Source of the DNA: Bdellovibrionales bacterium
GTDB taxonomy: Bacteria > Bdellovibrionota > Bdellovibrionia > Bdellovibrionales > JAUICD01
DNA length: 64,000 nucleotides
Reading direction: 5' to 3'
Assembly: GCA_965203275.1 (NCBI GenBank)
Contig: OZ241865.1
Coordinates: forward strand, 2,464,001 to 2,528,000
Shown one piece after another: positions 31,610 through 42,725 of this stretch (the stretch's first letter is position 1; each line of letters opens with the position of its first letter). The translations under genes were made by a program, and so were the position numbers. The notes under the pieces are model-generated. The model saw nothing but the letters and a program-made list of their open reading frames with translations. It made no database searches and had not been told where the DNA came from.

Positions 31610-33469
31610 ATGTCATCACTCTCATCACATTTTTACATCTATACAATATTGTTTATCTTTATCTGGACTTGCTTGATCAGCTTTTCTGAAAAAAGCTTTG
31701 CTCAAAACAGTATTTCTTATGATTATTTTCAAAATGTGAGAGGAGTTTCTAAAGGAGAAAAACAAAAAAGGTATACAATATCACTTCGTAATGGAAAGGT
31801 AGATTTATCTGATTTTCTTAATGATGCAGAACAGATTCTTCAATCTTCTAACTATGAGAATGGGCGGTTTATTAATGATACATTGAATATAATCAAAGAG
31901 CAGTCTATTTCTGATTTGTGTCACCAAATGACAAATGAACAAATAAAAACAGCTTGTATAGAAGATGTAGAAAACTCTATTTTAGAAGCTCAAAATCAAT
32001 TTTTAGATCAACAATCTCGTCGTATTTTATATCCTGAAGATTATAATCATATAGGTAATGTTAGATATCAAGAATTTGAAAGAGTTAAAAAAAGGCTATC
32101 ATCTCGTTGCCCATCCCAAAATATATCTGACTATGATGTTATTCGAGTTTTACGTGATGGATCTCCAGCACAATATGAAGAGATGATTCAAACATTATGT
32201 AACAATCAAAGAGATTGCCTTCAAGAAGTATTTATGAGATTAGTCGAAAGGATATCTATATCAGAAATTCCAAGTAATTGTTATAGGAGATCTGATCATC
32301 CTATCTGTCAAAAGATCATTTCAAACTATTCAGCTATTGAGAGGAGACTTACAGCCCTAGCTACTCAAATCAATCCTTCAAATGATGCCATCTTTGATAT
32401 ATGCTCTATAAGATCTAGTGAATTCAGCAGATTACAGGATTATATAGATAGTTTAGAAAATGATATTATGTGTAGTGACTACACAACAGGAGAAACAAGA
32501 AATGTCCAAGGTGATCTTTTTAGAAATTATGTTGTCACAAAAGAAAGTGATAAAAATTATACAATTCCCTTATCTCTTTCTTTTCATCCTGCTGATGACT
32601 ACGATGGTCAAGTACCAGAAAATCAAGTCCATAGCCATTATTTTAATAGAGTGAAAGGATGTATTGATAGAATAAATACTAGATTGTTTCACCCCCACGA
32701 TGGGAGTAGACTTCATCTTGAAATACTTGATGCAAATGCTCAAAACAGTCGGTGTATGCGTAACACACGTATCAGTATCCAATCTTCAAGAGGCCATTCC
32801 AATAGTGGAAGTTATGCAGCAAATATTAACTGTCCTGTTATAGTGCATGAAGTACTTCATCTTCTAGGTTTAAATGATGAGTACAAAGAAATGAGAGGAC
32901 AGTATGTTGATGTTAATGGAAATGTGACATCTAGAGAAAGTCCTACAGCAGACAGACACGCTCTTAAATATGACTGTAGAGTGGTACAACATAATTCCAT
33001 TATGGCATCTCACAGAGAAAGATATCATAATACTAACAGTGAAAGCTCCCTTTTAGATCCTGCTCATTTTAATGCTATCCTTTATGGTCAATGCCATCAT
33101 CGAGAAGATGTGAAGCTTTATAGAGAATGTTCTCAGTTAGCTTATCAAACATCAATCCAAAATGGAGGAGAACATAACTGTTTAGATCAAAAAGAACGCT
33201 GTGAGATATCCAATGTATTAGGCAGAAATAAATCAGAAGTTTTATCCATAGAAAGAGGTATTTTACAAAGCCTTAAAGGAGATTTGGAAAGACTAAAAAG
33301 TATATTAGAAGAAAATCCAGACTCTCACTCACAGATTCACATGGATATGTCAATGGAAGGAAAAGAAATTTCAACACCTCACCGACAAATTCGTATTTAT
33401 ATACCAATAAAAGAAAAGGCAATAGCAGATCAAGAGGAACGTATACGTCATATAGAGGCTTGGCCTTAA
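31610..33469 (+). CDS. Secreted zinc metalloprotease-like protein
   Basis: Signal peptide; HEVLHLLGLNDEY zinc motif; downstream SIM Met-turn; many Cys. Confidence 0.75.
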   Translation: MSSLSSHFYIYTILFIFIWTCLISFSEKSFAQNSISYDYFQNVRGVSKGEKQKRYTISLRNGKVDLSDFLNDAEQILQSSNYENGRFINDTLNIIKEQSISDLCHQMTNEQIKTACIEDVENSILEAQNQFLDQQSRRILYPEDYNHIGNVRYQEFERVKKRLSSRCPSQNISDYDVIRVLRDGSPAQYEEMIQTLCNNQRDCLQEVFMRLVERISISEIPSNCYRRSDHPICQKIISNYSAIERRLTALATQINPSNDAIFDICSIRSSEFSRLQDYIDSLENDIMCSDYTTGETRNVQGDLFRNYVVTKESDKNYTIPLSLSFHPADDYDGQVPENQVHSHYFNRVKGCIDRINTRLFHPHDGSRLHLEILDANAQNSRCMRNTRISIQSSRGHSNSGSYAANINCPVIVHEVLHLLGLNDEYKEMRGQYVDVNGNVTSRESPTADRHALKYDCRVVQHNSIMASHRERYHNTNSESSLLDPAHFNAILYGQCHHREDVKLYRECSQLAYQTSIQNGGEHNCLDQKERCEISNVLGRNKSEVLSIERGILQSLKGDLERLKSILEENPDSHSQIHMDMSMEGKEISTPHRQIRIYIPIKEKAIADQEERIRHIEAWP

Positions 33470-33592
33470 CATTGCATTGTTTCTCAAAATGAGCCACACC
33501 TCTGGTGTGTTTTTGGGCATTGCTCTTTTTAGACAGCGATAGCTGTCAGAGCAAACATCAGAGGGATTTTTTTCTTAACATGTAGTTCATCC

Positions 33593-33683
33593 GGGATCTG
33601 GGATCTGGGATCCGGGATCTGGGATCCGGGATCCGGGATCTGGGATCCGGGATCTGGGATCCGGGATCTGGGATCCGGGATCT
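33593..33683 (+). repeat. Heptamer tandem repeat (GGGATCY)x13
   Basis: Read directly from the sequence. Confidence 0.97.
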
Positions 33684-33911
33684 GGTCCTAAAGCATTGGT
33701 CGTAATGAATTTTTGCATCTAAAAAATTTCCTCCCAAGCCCTGGCGGGTTTAAAAAGAACTTTTTCCTTAACATGGTGTTAAGAGAAAAAAGGATCCTCC
33801 CCTACTCAAAATAAATGGATTTTCTAGGCAGTTAGCCTTTGATCAACGGCGATAAGCCGTTGGGCTAACTGCCAGAAAACATGCCAGAGGCATGATTTAT
33901 TTTGAGTGAAA

Positions 33912-34375
33912 CAAAAACAAAAATTCAAAACTTACCAATTAGCTACTCAGTTTTATCGTAATTCTAAAAAATTACATCTGAAAGAGCCTCATAGAAGTCA
34001 ATTTCGAAGGGCTGTTTCAAGTATTGTGCTTAACTTAGCTGAAGGATCTGCTAAACCTACAGCAAAAGATCGTAGGAAATTTTACTATATTAGTCTTGGC
34101 TCTCTAATATCTCAATGAAACTCTTTTTCCTTAACATGTGGTCAAGGGACGAAGGGATCCTCCCCTACTAAAAGTAAACGGACTTTTGAGACAATGACCA
34201 TTTTGTCAAAGGCGAAAGCCTTTGCGGTCATTGTCCAAAAGCAGCCAGAGGCTGGTTTACTTTTAGTGAAACAGTTCAGGCAATACTAGATTTGGAATTT
34301 ATTGGCTGTATGGAATTAGCAAAACAAGCTGACAAATTAGGAGCTTTTTTATACAAACTGTGTAAAAATACTTAA
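33912..34375 (+). pseudogene. Four-helix-bundle (IVP/bAvd-like) protein gene interrupted by a repeat element
   Basis: QFRRAVSSIVLNLAEGSAK...ISLGSL, then element ~34125-34271, then VQAILDL...ADKLGAFLYKL* ending at 34375; the 5' end also abuts an element. Confidence 0.8.
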
Positions 34376-34575
34376 AATCAAATTTGATTTTATCTGGGAT
34401 CCGGGATCGGGCAACCCGGCAAACTGGCAAAAGTGAAACGAATGTCTTGTTTCCTTAACATGGTGTTAAAAAACGAGTAGATCCTTACTTACTCAAAGTG
34501 AACAGGCTTTTGAGGTGATGACCATTTTATCGACGACGATAGTCGTCGTGGTCATCACCCAAAAGTGACCAGAGG

Positions 34576-35463
34576 TCAGTTCACTTTGAGTGAACAAACT
34601 CCTTTTAGTGAACCAACTCCTTTTAGTGAACTAACTCCTTTTAGTGAAGCAACCTTTCTAAAAGTAATAATATTTTGATGTTGGTGATTGATCTTATAAG
34701 CATAAGGATAACCAAAAGGGTACAGTGGCTTGTGATCTTGTAAAAGGGTTGTCGTTCCTGAAAATTCAAAGCCTATCTCCTCCATCACTCTAACAATATC
34801 ACCTTGAACACATTTTTCTTTTTTATCTATAGTGAAATCACTAATGATCACAGTGGTGTATTTTCTGTCATTTAATTTTTTGTAGACCTCTGACATAATA
34901 TCTTTAAATAAATTTAAAAAATCTTGATAAGATTTTTGATTGCCCAAATCATTTTTATCTTCAGAATAATATTCTATCCCTATCCTTGATCCTGTGCGTT
35001 TCCCATCCTTCTTTGCTCTTAAGCCCTGTCCATTGTTTTTAAGTATGTTGTGATAAGGAGGTGAGGTCACACAGTAATCTATTTTGTGTTGAATACAAGC
35101 AATTTCCTTTAAAGAATCTCCACAGATCATTTGTTGATCAGAGATATTTAAACCTTTAAACCTGGCCTTTGTTAGCTGACAATATTGAGAACTCAAATCA
35201 ATGCCAATGCCCTTTCGCCCTAAGTTATGACAAGCTATTAGGGTCGTCCCCACTCCACTAAAAGGATCTAAAACAAACATGTTTTTTTTAGTAAAAAGAG
35301 AGATAAGCCTTTCAATATCTTTGATAAGAAAAGGGGCTGGATGTTGAAAGGCAAATTGATCCTCTTTACACCTTTGGCTTAACCAAAAACTTTTAGTGAG
35401 TTTAAGCCACTGCTTACCTGTTAAGTCGTTGAGCTTATTTCTTTGATCAAAGTTTCCACTCAT
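34576..35463 (-). CDS. DNA methyltransferase (TSPPY; N4-C or N6-A type)
   Basis: HPAPF, LDPFSGVGTT and VTSPPY motifs; C-terminal SLKGV repeats derived from repeat-element ends. Confidence 0.88.
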   Translation of the reverse strand: MSGNFDQRNKLNDLTGKQWLKLTKSFWLSQRCKEDQFAFQHPAPFLIKDIERLISLFTKKNMFVLDPFSGVGTTLIACHNLGRKGIGIDLSSQYCQLTKARFKGLNISDQQMICGDSLKEIACIQHKIDYCVTSPPYHNILKNNGQGLRAKKDGKRTGSRIGIEYYSEDKNDLGNQKSYQDFLNLFKDIMSEVYKKLNDRKYTTVIISDFTIDKKEKCVQGDIVRVMEEIGFEFSGTTTLLQDHKPLYPFGYPYAYKINHQHQNIITFRKVASLKGVSSLKGVGSLKGVCSLKVN

Positions 35464-37880
35464 AAATACCCCAACAAAGGCTTTAAGTGAGATTCTTTTA
35501 TGCTTTTTAAACTGCTTAAACGATCAACATCGTTGTAAAAAAGATAAGCCCATTGATATTTTTTAAAACTGTCAATAAACAGTGGGTCTTTTATATTTAA
35601 AAATTCAGTTTTTCTTTTATCAGGCAAAAGCATAATCTTGTTTGTATCCCTATCAAGGTTAGAAGCTCTTTGCAGTGCAGAAGTAAATTTTGTAGAATTT
35701 TCTACCTCAAAAGCATATTTAATGATGCGATCCTTTATCCAAAGCATATCAATCATTTTAATCCTTGCCTTTTTGTGTTGATCTAAAATGCCTAATTTAT
35801 CTAACTTTAATATATTAACATATTTTGATAATTTTTTACCCTTATAAACCTCTGATTGCTCTCTTTGACCAATATAAATTTGATAACCTATTTTTTGACC
35901 AATCTTTGATAAAAAATAAAGCATCTGGGTATGATCTGTAAAGTCTTTTTCTATATCTCCTCCTTTATAAATCCATCGGCCGTTAGATTTATTAGAAAAC
36001 TTTTTTAAAATCTGATCGACTGATTGAATATCAGGTATAAGTCCATTGGGATATTTAACAAATATTTCAGCAAGTGCTTGATCCAATGTGATAGATACCT
36101 TTTTCCTCAAAAGAGCAATAATTGTATCTTCAACCCTGTCGGTAAGCTTCTTATCAGGGCATCTAATGTGTTGAGAAGGATCCTTAAACCACCAGTGTTT
36201 GCCAGCCTTGCTGTCATGATCTTGAACTTCAAAAATTGTTCCAATATGAGTAGACAAAATTTGTTCTATATTTTTATCAAAATTTTCAATATCAAATCCT
36301 CTAGATGAAATTTCTGCTAAAAGACCATTAAATAATATTTGATAAGGGGTTGGTTCATTTCTTTGAGCTATCAAATTGATAGTTTCTTCAAGAATATAAT
36401 GCTTGAATTCTTGCTGATCTGTTTTAAAGGTTATATCAGGCTTCTTGATGCAACGAATATAGAAATCAGACGCTGAAGTGCCATAAGGATTAGCTACATT
36501 TGATTCACCTGTTCTTTTATTTTGTTGATGAATGACCTTTTCTATTTTAAAACCAGAAAGCTTAATTGCTTTTAAAAAAGCATTCCATATTTTTATATCT
36601 TTGTTATGAAAGGTAAATACAATTTTGCCATCGTCTTTTAAGATTTTAAAAAGATTTTTTATACCATTTTGAAATTTTACTTTATATATTTTTAAATCTT
36701 GAATGCCTTTTTTTATAGTAATTTCACTCTCATAGTTGGGAGAAAACCGCAAGTCTATTTTTTTTAACCATGTAAGCCATACTGTGCTTAAATCTAAATA
36801 CTGGACAAGCCCTCCATAAGGAGGGTCTGTCATAATAAAGTCAATAGAATTTTCTGGAATAAAATCAATGATAGTATTTATATCTACAACTCCATATTTA
36901 ATATCAAAATTTGTAGATCTATTACTTTTATTGCTTTTATCAACATATAAAATCTTTGGAATCTTTCCTAGATACTCTTTGATATTTATCAATGAACTTT
37001 CAACTGATTGTTTGCCAAAACAACTCTTATAAAAAACCAATAAAGGATTCATTTCCATTTGCCTTTCAGCACATATAAAGGCAGATCTTCCCCAGCTTGT
37101 AGAAAAGCCTCTTTTGGCTTTTGACCTCCTAGGAACACACATTTTAGTACATAAATGAATACTTTTAATAAATCCTAAGAGAAGCTGCTTTTGTATAGTT
37201 ACATTTTGCACACGAAGTATCTTGTCAAAAATACTTGAGATCACATAGAGGTTTCTTTGAGTCCATAAATGAGCAAAGCTATTGCCACCTATACGGTTTA
37301 TAAAATTTGCTGAGAAGGAAGGATAGTTATAAAATGTATCTTGAGGATACCATGTTTTGATTTTTATTTTATGCATAGATTGAGATTTAGCGATTTCTTC
37401 TTTGGTTGGTTGTTCAAGAAAGCGATCTTTTTTGTTTTTACAACATTTGAAACATTCAATACCCACTTCATATAATTGATGATCTTTCCATTTAAAATTT
37501 TGAATCACTGCTGATGGGCTATGGCACTTTCTGCATTTTGTATAAAAATACTCTTGATAAACCTTGTCGTCTTGAATGGCTGTCATGATTTGATGGACTT
37601 CTTTTTCAAAGGTTTCTTTTTCGAATGGACTACAAAATGCTTCTATCAAAAATGAAGTCAGAGGATTAAGGTCAAAGGCTATGGCTTTTCTCCCTGCTTT
37701 CACAGCTTCAAAGGCACTGATAGCACTACCAGCAAAGGGGTCTAAATAGCTCCCACCTTCCAGAGTATAATTTTGAATATACTCTCGCCAGATATTATGA
37801 GGTTTTTTACCCCAATATTTCACAGCTTTATAAATAGGTGGACGAACTCCTTCTACCAATGCAAAATTAATGTCTTTCAT
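35460..37880 (-). CDS. Adenine DNA methyltransferase with Zn ribbon fused to a putative C-terminal PD-(D/E)xK nuclease
   Basis: KYWGKK, LDPFAGS, CxxC...CxxC and TDPPY motifs; C-terminal IDMLW...FEVENST. Confidence 0.8.
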   Translation of the reverse strand: MKDINFALVEGVRPPIYKAVKYWGKKPHNIWREYIQNYTLEGGSYLDPFAGSAISAFEAVKAGRKAIAFDLNPLTSFLIEAFCSPFEKETFEKEVHQIMTAIQDDKVYQEYFYTKCRKCHSPSAVIQNFKWKDHQLYEVGIECFKCCKNKKDRFLEQPTKEEIAKSQSMHKIKIKTWYPQDTFYNYPSFSANFINRIGGNSFAHLWTQRNLYVISSIFDKILRVQNVTIQKQLLLGFIKSIHLCTKMCVPRRSKAKRGFSTSWGRSAFICAERQMEMNPLLVFYKSCFGKQSVESSLINIKEYLGKIPKILYVDKSNKSNRSTNFDIKYGVVDINTIIDFIPENSIDFIMTDPPYGGLVQYLDLSTVWLTWLKKIDLRFSPNYESEITIKKGIQDLKIYKVKFQNGIKNLFKILKDDGKIVFTFHNKDIKIWNAFLKAIKLSGFKIEKVIHQQNKRTGESNVANPYGTSASDFYIRCIKKPDITFKTDQQEFKHYILEETINLIAQRNEPTPYQILFNGLLAEISSRGFDIENFDKNIEQILSTHIGTIFEVQDHDSKAGKHWWFKDPSQHIRCPDKKLTDRVEDTIIALLRKKVSITLDQALAEIFVKYPNGLIPDIQSVDQILKKFSNKSNGRWIYKGGDIEKDFTDHTQMLYFLSKIGQKIGYQIYIGQREQSEVYKGKKLSKYVNILKLDKLGILDQHKKARIKMIDMLWIKDRIIKYAFEVENSTKFTSALQRASNLDRDTNKIMLLPDKRKTEFLNIKDPLFIDSFKKYQWAYLFYNDVDRLSSLKSIKESHLKPLLGYL

Positions 37881-37985
37881 TATTGTATCCCTTATGTTGA
37901 GAGTTTCTGCTCAACATCCCTATTGACTTATAGGTACTACATAAAAGCAGTACAATCAAGGTTGACTTTTAAAGCTTTGATACTT

Positions 37986-39370
37986 TTTTCACTCAAAATG
38001 AACTGGCCTCTGGCCACTTTTGGGTAGCCAGCCCGACGGCTCACGCCGTCGTAAAAGGCTGGCTACCTCAAAAGCTTGTTCATTTTGAGTAGAGGAGGAT
38101 CTTTTTACTCCTCTACACCATGTTAGGGAAAAAGTGCTTTTATTACCTTAAGAGCAAGCGGGTCTGCGGAAGATCTCCAGCCTGCCTCCGCCTCCCACTC
38201 ATAATATTCTTCATTTTTTTGAAAGTTACGCAGAATCTAAAAAAAATAAAAAAAACAAAAAGAAACAGTGAAATAAACCCTTAACATGGTATAAAGAAAT
38301 AAAAGGATCCTTTTTCTGGGATCCGGCATCCGGGATCCGGCAAACCGGCAACAGAAGGAACTGTTTCCTTAACATGTACTTAAGAGACGAAGAGATCCTT
38401 CCCTACTAAAAGTAAACGGATTTTTGAGGCAATCAGCCTTTGATCGACGGCGATAGCCGTCGGGCTGATTGCCCAAAAACAGCCAGAGGCTGGTTTACTT
38501 TTAGTGAACCAAAAGGAACTTTTTCCTTAACATGTACTTAAGAGACGAAGAGATCCTTCCCTACTAAAAGTAAACGGACTTTTGAGACATTGCTCTTTTT
38601 GGACAGCGATAGCTGTCAGAGCAATGTCCAAAAGCAACCAGAGGTTGGTTTACTTTTAGTGAAACAAACCCTTAACATGGTATAAAGAAATAAAAGGATC
38701 CTTTTTCTGGGATCCGGCATCCGGGATCCGGCAAACCGGCAACAGAAGGAACTGTTTCCTTAACATGTAGTTAAGAGACGAGGAGATCCTTCCTACTAAA
38801 AGTAAACGGATTTTTGAGGCAATCAGCCTTTGATCGACGGCGATAGCCGTCGGGCTGATTGCCCAAAAACAGCCAGAGGCTGGTTTACTTTTAGTGAACC
38901 AAAAGGAACTTTTTCCTTAACATGTAGTTAAGAGACGAGGAGATTCTTCCTACTAAAAGTAAACGGATTTTTGAGGCAATCAGCCTTTGATCGACGGCGA
39001 TAGCCGTCGGGCTGATTGCCCAAAAACAGCCAGAGGTTGGTTTACTTTTAGTGAACCAAAAGGAACTTTTTCCTTAACATGTACTTAAGAGACGAAGAGA
39101 TCCTTCCTACTAAAAGTAAACGGATTTTTGAGGCAATCAGCCTTTGATCGACGGCGATAGCCGTCGGGCTGATTGCCCAAAAACAGCCAGAGGCTGGTTT
39201 ACTTTTAGTGAACCAAAAGGAACTGTTTCCTTAACATGATGTAAAGAGAGGAGAGGATCCTTCCCTACTAAAAGTAAACGGACTTTTGAGGTAGCCAGCC
39301 TTTGATCGACGGCGGTAGCCGTCGGGCTGGCTACCCAAAAGTGACCAGAGGTCAGTTTACTTTTAGTGAA
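37986..39370. repeat. Largest repeat cluster: one forward unit, a family-2 fragment and six tandem reverse units ending 8 nt before tRNA-Leu
   Basis: Reverse units start at about 38364, 38521, 38755, 38911, 39068 and 39226 (mostly ~157-bp period). Confidence 0.92.
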
Positions 39371-39378
39371 TTTAAAGA

Positions 39379-39465
39379 GCGTCAGTGCTGGAATTGGTAG
39401 ACAGGCTAGGTTGAGGGCCTAGTGGAGCTTGCTCCGTGGTGGTTCAAGTCCACTCTGACGCACCA
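39379..39465 (+). tRNA. tRNA-Leu(GAG)
   Basis: GCGTCAG/CTGACGC-ACCA acceptor; anticodon arm CTAGG-TTGAGGG-CCTAG; long variable arm. Confidence 0.94.
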
Positions 39466-39547
39466 TATTGTAAAGTGTGCCATCTTCTTATTTTTAGTTA
39501 TAGTTGCAAGTTACAGCTACAAAGGATGCTGACTATCTCTAAACAAT

Positions 39548-40666
39548 CTAAACAAATAGATCATCTGGATTCACATAATCTTTATTTAGAGTTTTAGCAA
39601 CAGGCTTATAGGTGATATGTCCTCCATACGTATTGAGTCCTTTTTTCAGACAAGGGTTCTTTTTCATAGCAGACTCGACACCTCCGCAAGCTATCAAAGA
39701 CATATAACCAGAGGTTGCATGAGATAAAGCATAAGTAGAAGTGCGAGGGGTTATGCCAGGAATATTAGGAACACAATAATGAATCACACCGCCTAAAATA
39801 TATGTGGGATTTTCATGAGTTGTTGGACGACACGTTTCAATGCACCCTCCTTGGTCCACTGCAACGTCTATCACCACAGAGCCATCTTCCATCTGATCAA
39901 TCATCTGGCGAGTGACTAAGCAGGGTGCCTTATAACCTGTGATCAAAACAGCACCTATTAACAAATCCGAAGCTATAACACTATCGAAAATATTTTTTTC
40001 ATTGGAATATAAAGTTGTAATTTGTCCCTTATAAAGGTGTTCTAAAAACTCAAGCCTTTTGTGATCAACATCTAAAACAGTGACAGAGGCACCTAATCCC
40101 ACAGCAACAGAAAGAGCATTGATTCCTACAACCCCTCCACCAATCACAGTGACCCGTCCGGGAGCTACTCCAGTAACACCACCTAACAAAATACCTTTAC
40201 CCCCACTATTTTTTTGTAGCAAGTAGGTCCCTATTTGTACAGACAAACGACCTGCTACCTCACTCATAGGGACTAACAAAGGTAGAGAAGCATTTTGATC
40301 TTCAATAGTTTCAAAGGCAATAGACTTGACTTTCTTCTGACAGAGTACTTTTGTCAATTGTGGTTCAGCTGCCAAATGTAAATAACAATATAAAATTTGA
40401 TTTTCTTTTAATAAGTCATATTCTTCAGGAAGAGGTTCTTTCACTTTGACAATCATATCTGATTGATGATAGACCATCTGTTTATTTTCAAGGACGCTAG
40501 CACCACTTTTTTGATAAACTTCGTCGGAGATGCCACTACCTATACCTGCATTTTTCTCAATGAAAACCTGATGTCCTCCACTGACAAGCTGTTGAACACC
40601 AGACTCTGTGATGCCTACCCGACTTTCACCTGTTTTAATTTCTTTAGGTACCCCTACTATCATCAT
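39548..40666 (-). CDS. ald: Alanine dehydrogenase
   Basis: [36 protein letters not shown] and HYCVPNIPG motifs. Confidence 0.96.
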   Translation of the reverse strand: MMIVGVPKEIKTGESRVGITESGVQQLVSGGHQVFIEKNAGIGSGISDEVYQKSGASVLENKQMVYHQSDMIVKVKEPLPEEYDLLKENQILYCYLHLAAEPQLTKVLCQKKVKSIAFETIEDQNASLPLLVPMSEVAGRLSVQIGTYLLQKNSGGKGILLGGVTGVAPGRVTVIGGGVVGINALSVAVGLGASVTVLDVDHKRLEFLEHLYKGQITTLYSNEKNIFDSVIASDLLIGAVLITGYKAPCLVTRQMIDQMEDGSVVIDVAVDQGGCIETCRPTTHENPTYILGGVIHYCVPNIPGITPRTSTYALSHATSGYMSLIACGGVESAMKKNPCLKKGLNTYGGHITYKPVAKTLNKDYVNPDDLFV

Positions 40667-40888
40667 TAAACCTTTCTTAGATTGGAAAGAAATACTTAGT
40701 TGGAAAGAAATATTTTTTTGTGGTATATCATTCTTTCATTCATAAACAAATAAAAAAGATTGTTATTTTTTAAAAAAATCATAAAATAAATACTACTGGC
40801 ATCTTATTTAATCAAGTCTAATCGAAATATTTTATATTATTTTATCATATATTTTGACAACCATAGATAAAAAGGAAGTGTAAATACC

Positions 40889-42724
40889 TTGAAGAATCAT
40901 AATAATAGCAAAAACATGGAACTCAGTTGGATCATCGGAGCAGGGATTGTAGGTGCTGATATTGGCACTTCGGTTTTCTATAGTACAGGCTTGCTCTTTA
41001 GTTACGTGGGTTATCTCTCGCCTTTTTTTATTCTTTTAATTTGTTTAATGATGTGGGCTTTTAAAAAAACTTACGAAGAGGGTCTAGCCCTTAGCCCCTA
41101 TAATGGAGGTGCTTATGTGATGATTTTAAGAGGTATCGGTAGGAGGTCCGGTGTTTTAGCAGGAGGACTGACGATCTTGTCTTATTTAGCAACAGCTACA
41201 GTCAGTAGTCTCTCAGGTGCTTTTTATATCTCTTCCTTAATGGAAGAGAATGTGTCTTTAGACACTATTGTAATGATCTCTGCTATTCCTATTATTTTAT
41301 TTGGTTTATTAAATTCAAAGGGCATTAAAGAACCTGCTAAATTGATCACCGCTATTTCAGGATTGCATTTTGGTTTTTTAATTTTATTGGTGATCTGTGG
41401 AACAGGTTTTATCCTTTTTAATTGGCAAGAAGTAGACTTTGCTAAAATGAGAAAAATTACTGTAGATTCTCAATTGACCTTAGCTATGGTGATGCATGGA
41501 TTTGCAGGAGCTTTTTTAGGTATTACAGGTTTTGAATCAGCAGCACAGATCATAGAAGAACTCAAAGCTCCTATCCTCACAACTCTTCGTAAACTTTATA
41601 CAACTGTTATCCTTTTGGTTTCTTTCACAGCTCCATTTATTTCTTTTTTATGTTTAGCCATTCTCTCTGAAGATGAAATCATTGAAGGTAAAGATTTTTT
41701 GTTAGCAAGTTTTGGGGAAAAAATTGGTGGTCAAGAGCTTATGATTGCTGTGGTCGTGGATGCAGCACTGACACTTTTTGCTGCGGTCAATACAGCTTTT
41801 GTAGGTTTTATTGGTCTAGCTAAGACAATGGCTCAACAAGGTAATCTTCCTCAAATTTTACTTAAAAGGTTTACTTATAAATTTTCTTGGATGGAAGGTT
41901 ATCCTTTTATTGCCCTCCCGTTTATGTTTTTAGCATTGGGGATGGTTTCCGCGGTTCCTGGCGAAGTCAAAATATTAGCAAGAGTTTATGAAATGGCTTT
42001 CTTAAGTGTGATGGTAAGTTTTGTCATTGGTGTTATTTTAGTCCGCAATCGCAAAAGACCAAGGCATTTGCCTACAGAATTTCTCTCAAAGCCTATTTTT
42101 AAATTCAAAGGTATCATTCTTCCTATTATTCCTCTTTTTTCTGGACTAGTACTCTCAATTGCTCAACTTGTTTTGATGTTTTTTGCTTCTAATGATGCTC
42201 AAACAATGGGACTTCAGTTATTATTGACTATTTTATTAATTATGGCGTTTTATAGGTGGGGCGTTTTAGAGCAGAGATTAGAAAAACGCTCTGATTTGCA
42301 TATAGGTTTGGGGGATTATTCTAAAAAGGATCAACTACCAGAAGGTTTATCTAAGTATGTACTGTGTACAAGTGGTACAGCTGTGAGGTCTCTCATCACA
42401 AGAGCTATACACTATCTTTTAAAAGAAAAACGCGGGGATCCTTTTGAATTGATTGTTTTTCATGTGGATGAACATAATGAAGGATTGTTTTATGAATCTT
42501 TACAAAAAATTATTCTCCAGCAAGTTGTACCTTTGTATTCCACACGGAATATTGTATTGACAGTTAAGACTCTACCTGGAGATCTATTAGAAGGAATTGG
42601 CATCTTGAAAAGACAAATGGACATCAAAAAAATCTTTTTAGGTAAAAGTAAACGCTCACAAACTTCTAGCAATCTAGTTAAGGATCTCTTACAAGAATAT
42701 CAAGCTCAAATTGTACAGATTTAA
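40889..42724 (+). CDS. APC family amino-acid permease with C-terminal soluble domain
   Basis: GADIGTSVFY, NGGAY and ITGFES motifs; about 12 TM segments; divergent from ald (start may be ATG 40916). Confidence 0.82.
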   Translation: MKNHNNSKNMELSWIIGAGIVGADIGTSVFYSTGLLFSYVGYLSPFFILLICLMMWAFKKTYEEGLALSPYNGGAYVMILRGIGRRSGVLAGGLTILSYLATATVSSLSGAFYISSLMEENVSLDTIVMISAIPIILFGLLNSKGIKEPAKLITAISGLHFGFLILLVICGTGFILFNWQEVDFAKMRKITVDSQLTLAMVMHGFAGAFLGITGFESAAQIIEELKAPILTTLRKLYTTVILLVSFTAPFISFLCLAILSEDEIIEGKDFLLASFGEKIGGQELMIAVVVDAALTLFAAVNTAFVGFIGLAKTMAQQGNLPQILLKRFTYKFSWMEGYPFIALPFMFLALGMVSAVPGEVKILARVYEMAFLSVMVSFVIGVILVRNRKRPRHLPTEFLSKPIFKFKGIILPIIPLFSGLVLSIAQLVLMFFASNDAQTMGLQLLLTILLIMAFYRWGVLEQRLEKRSDLHIGLGDYSKKDQLPEGLSKYVLCTSGTAVRSLITRAIHYLLKEKRGDPFELIVFHVDEHNEGLFYESLQKIILQQVVPLYSTRNIVLTVKTLPGDLLEGIGILKRQMDIKKIFLGKSKRSQTSSNLVKDLLQEYQAQIVQI

Positions 42725-42725
42725 T

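Noticed and set aside
33906..34375. Diversity-generating retroelement suggested by the Avd-like four-helix-bundle gene
   Set aside because: No reverse transcriptase, and no TR/VR pair with adenine-specific differences was seen in the window.
38364..39370. CRISPR array
   Set aside because: Units are ~140-157 bp, the variable parts are self-complementary stems reused across the window rather than unique spacers, and no cas genes are present.
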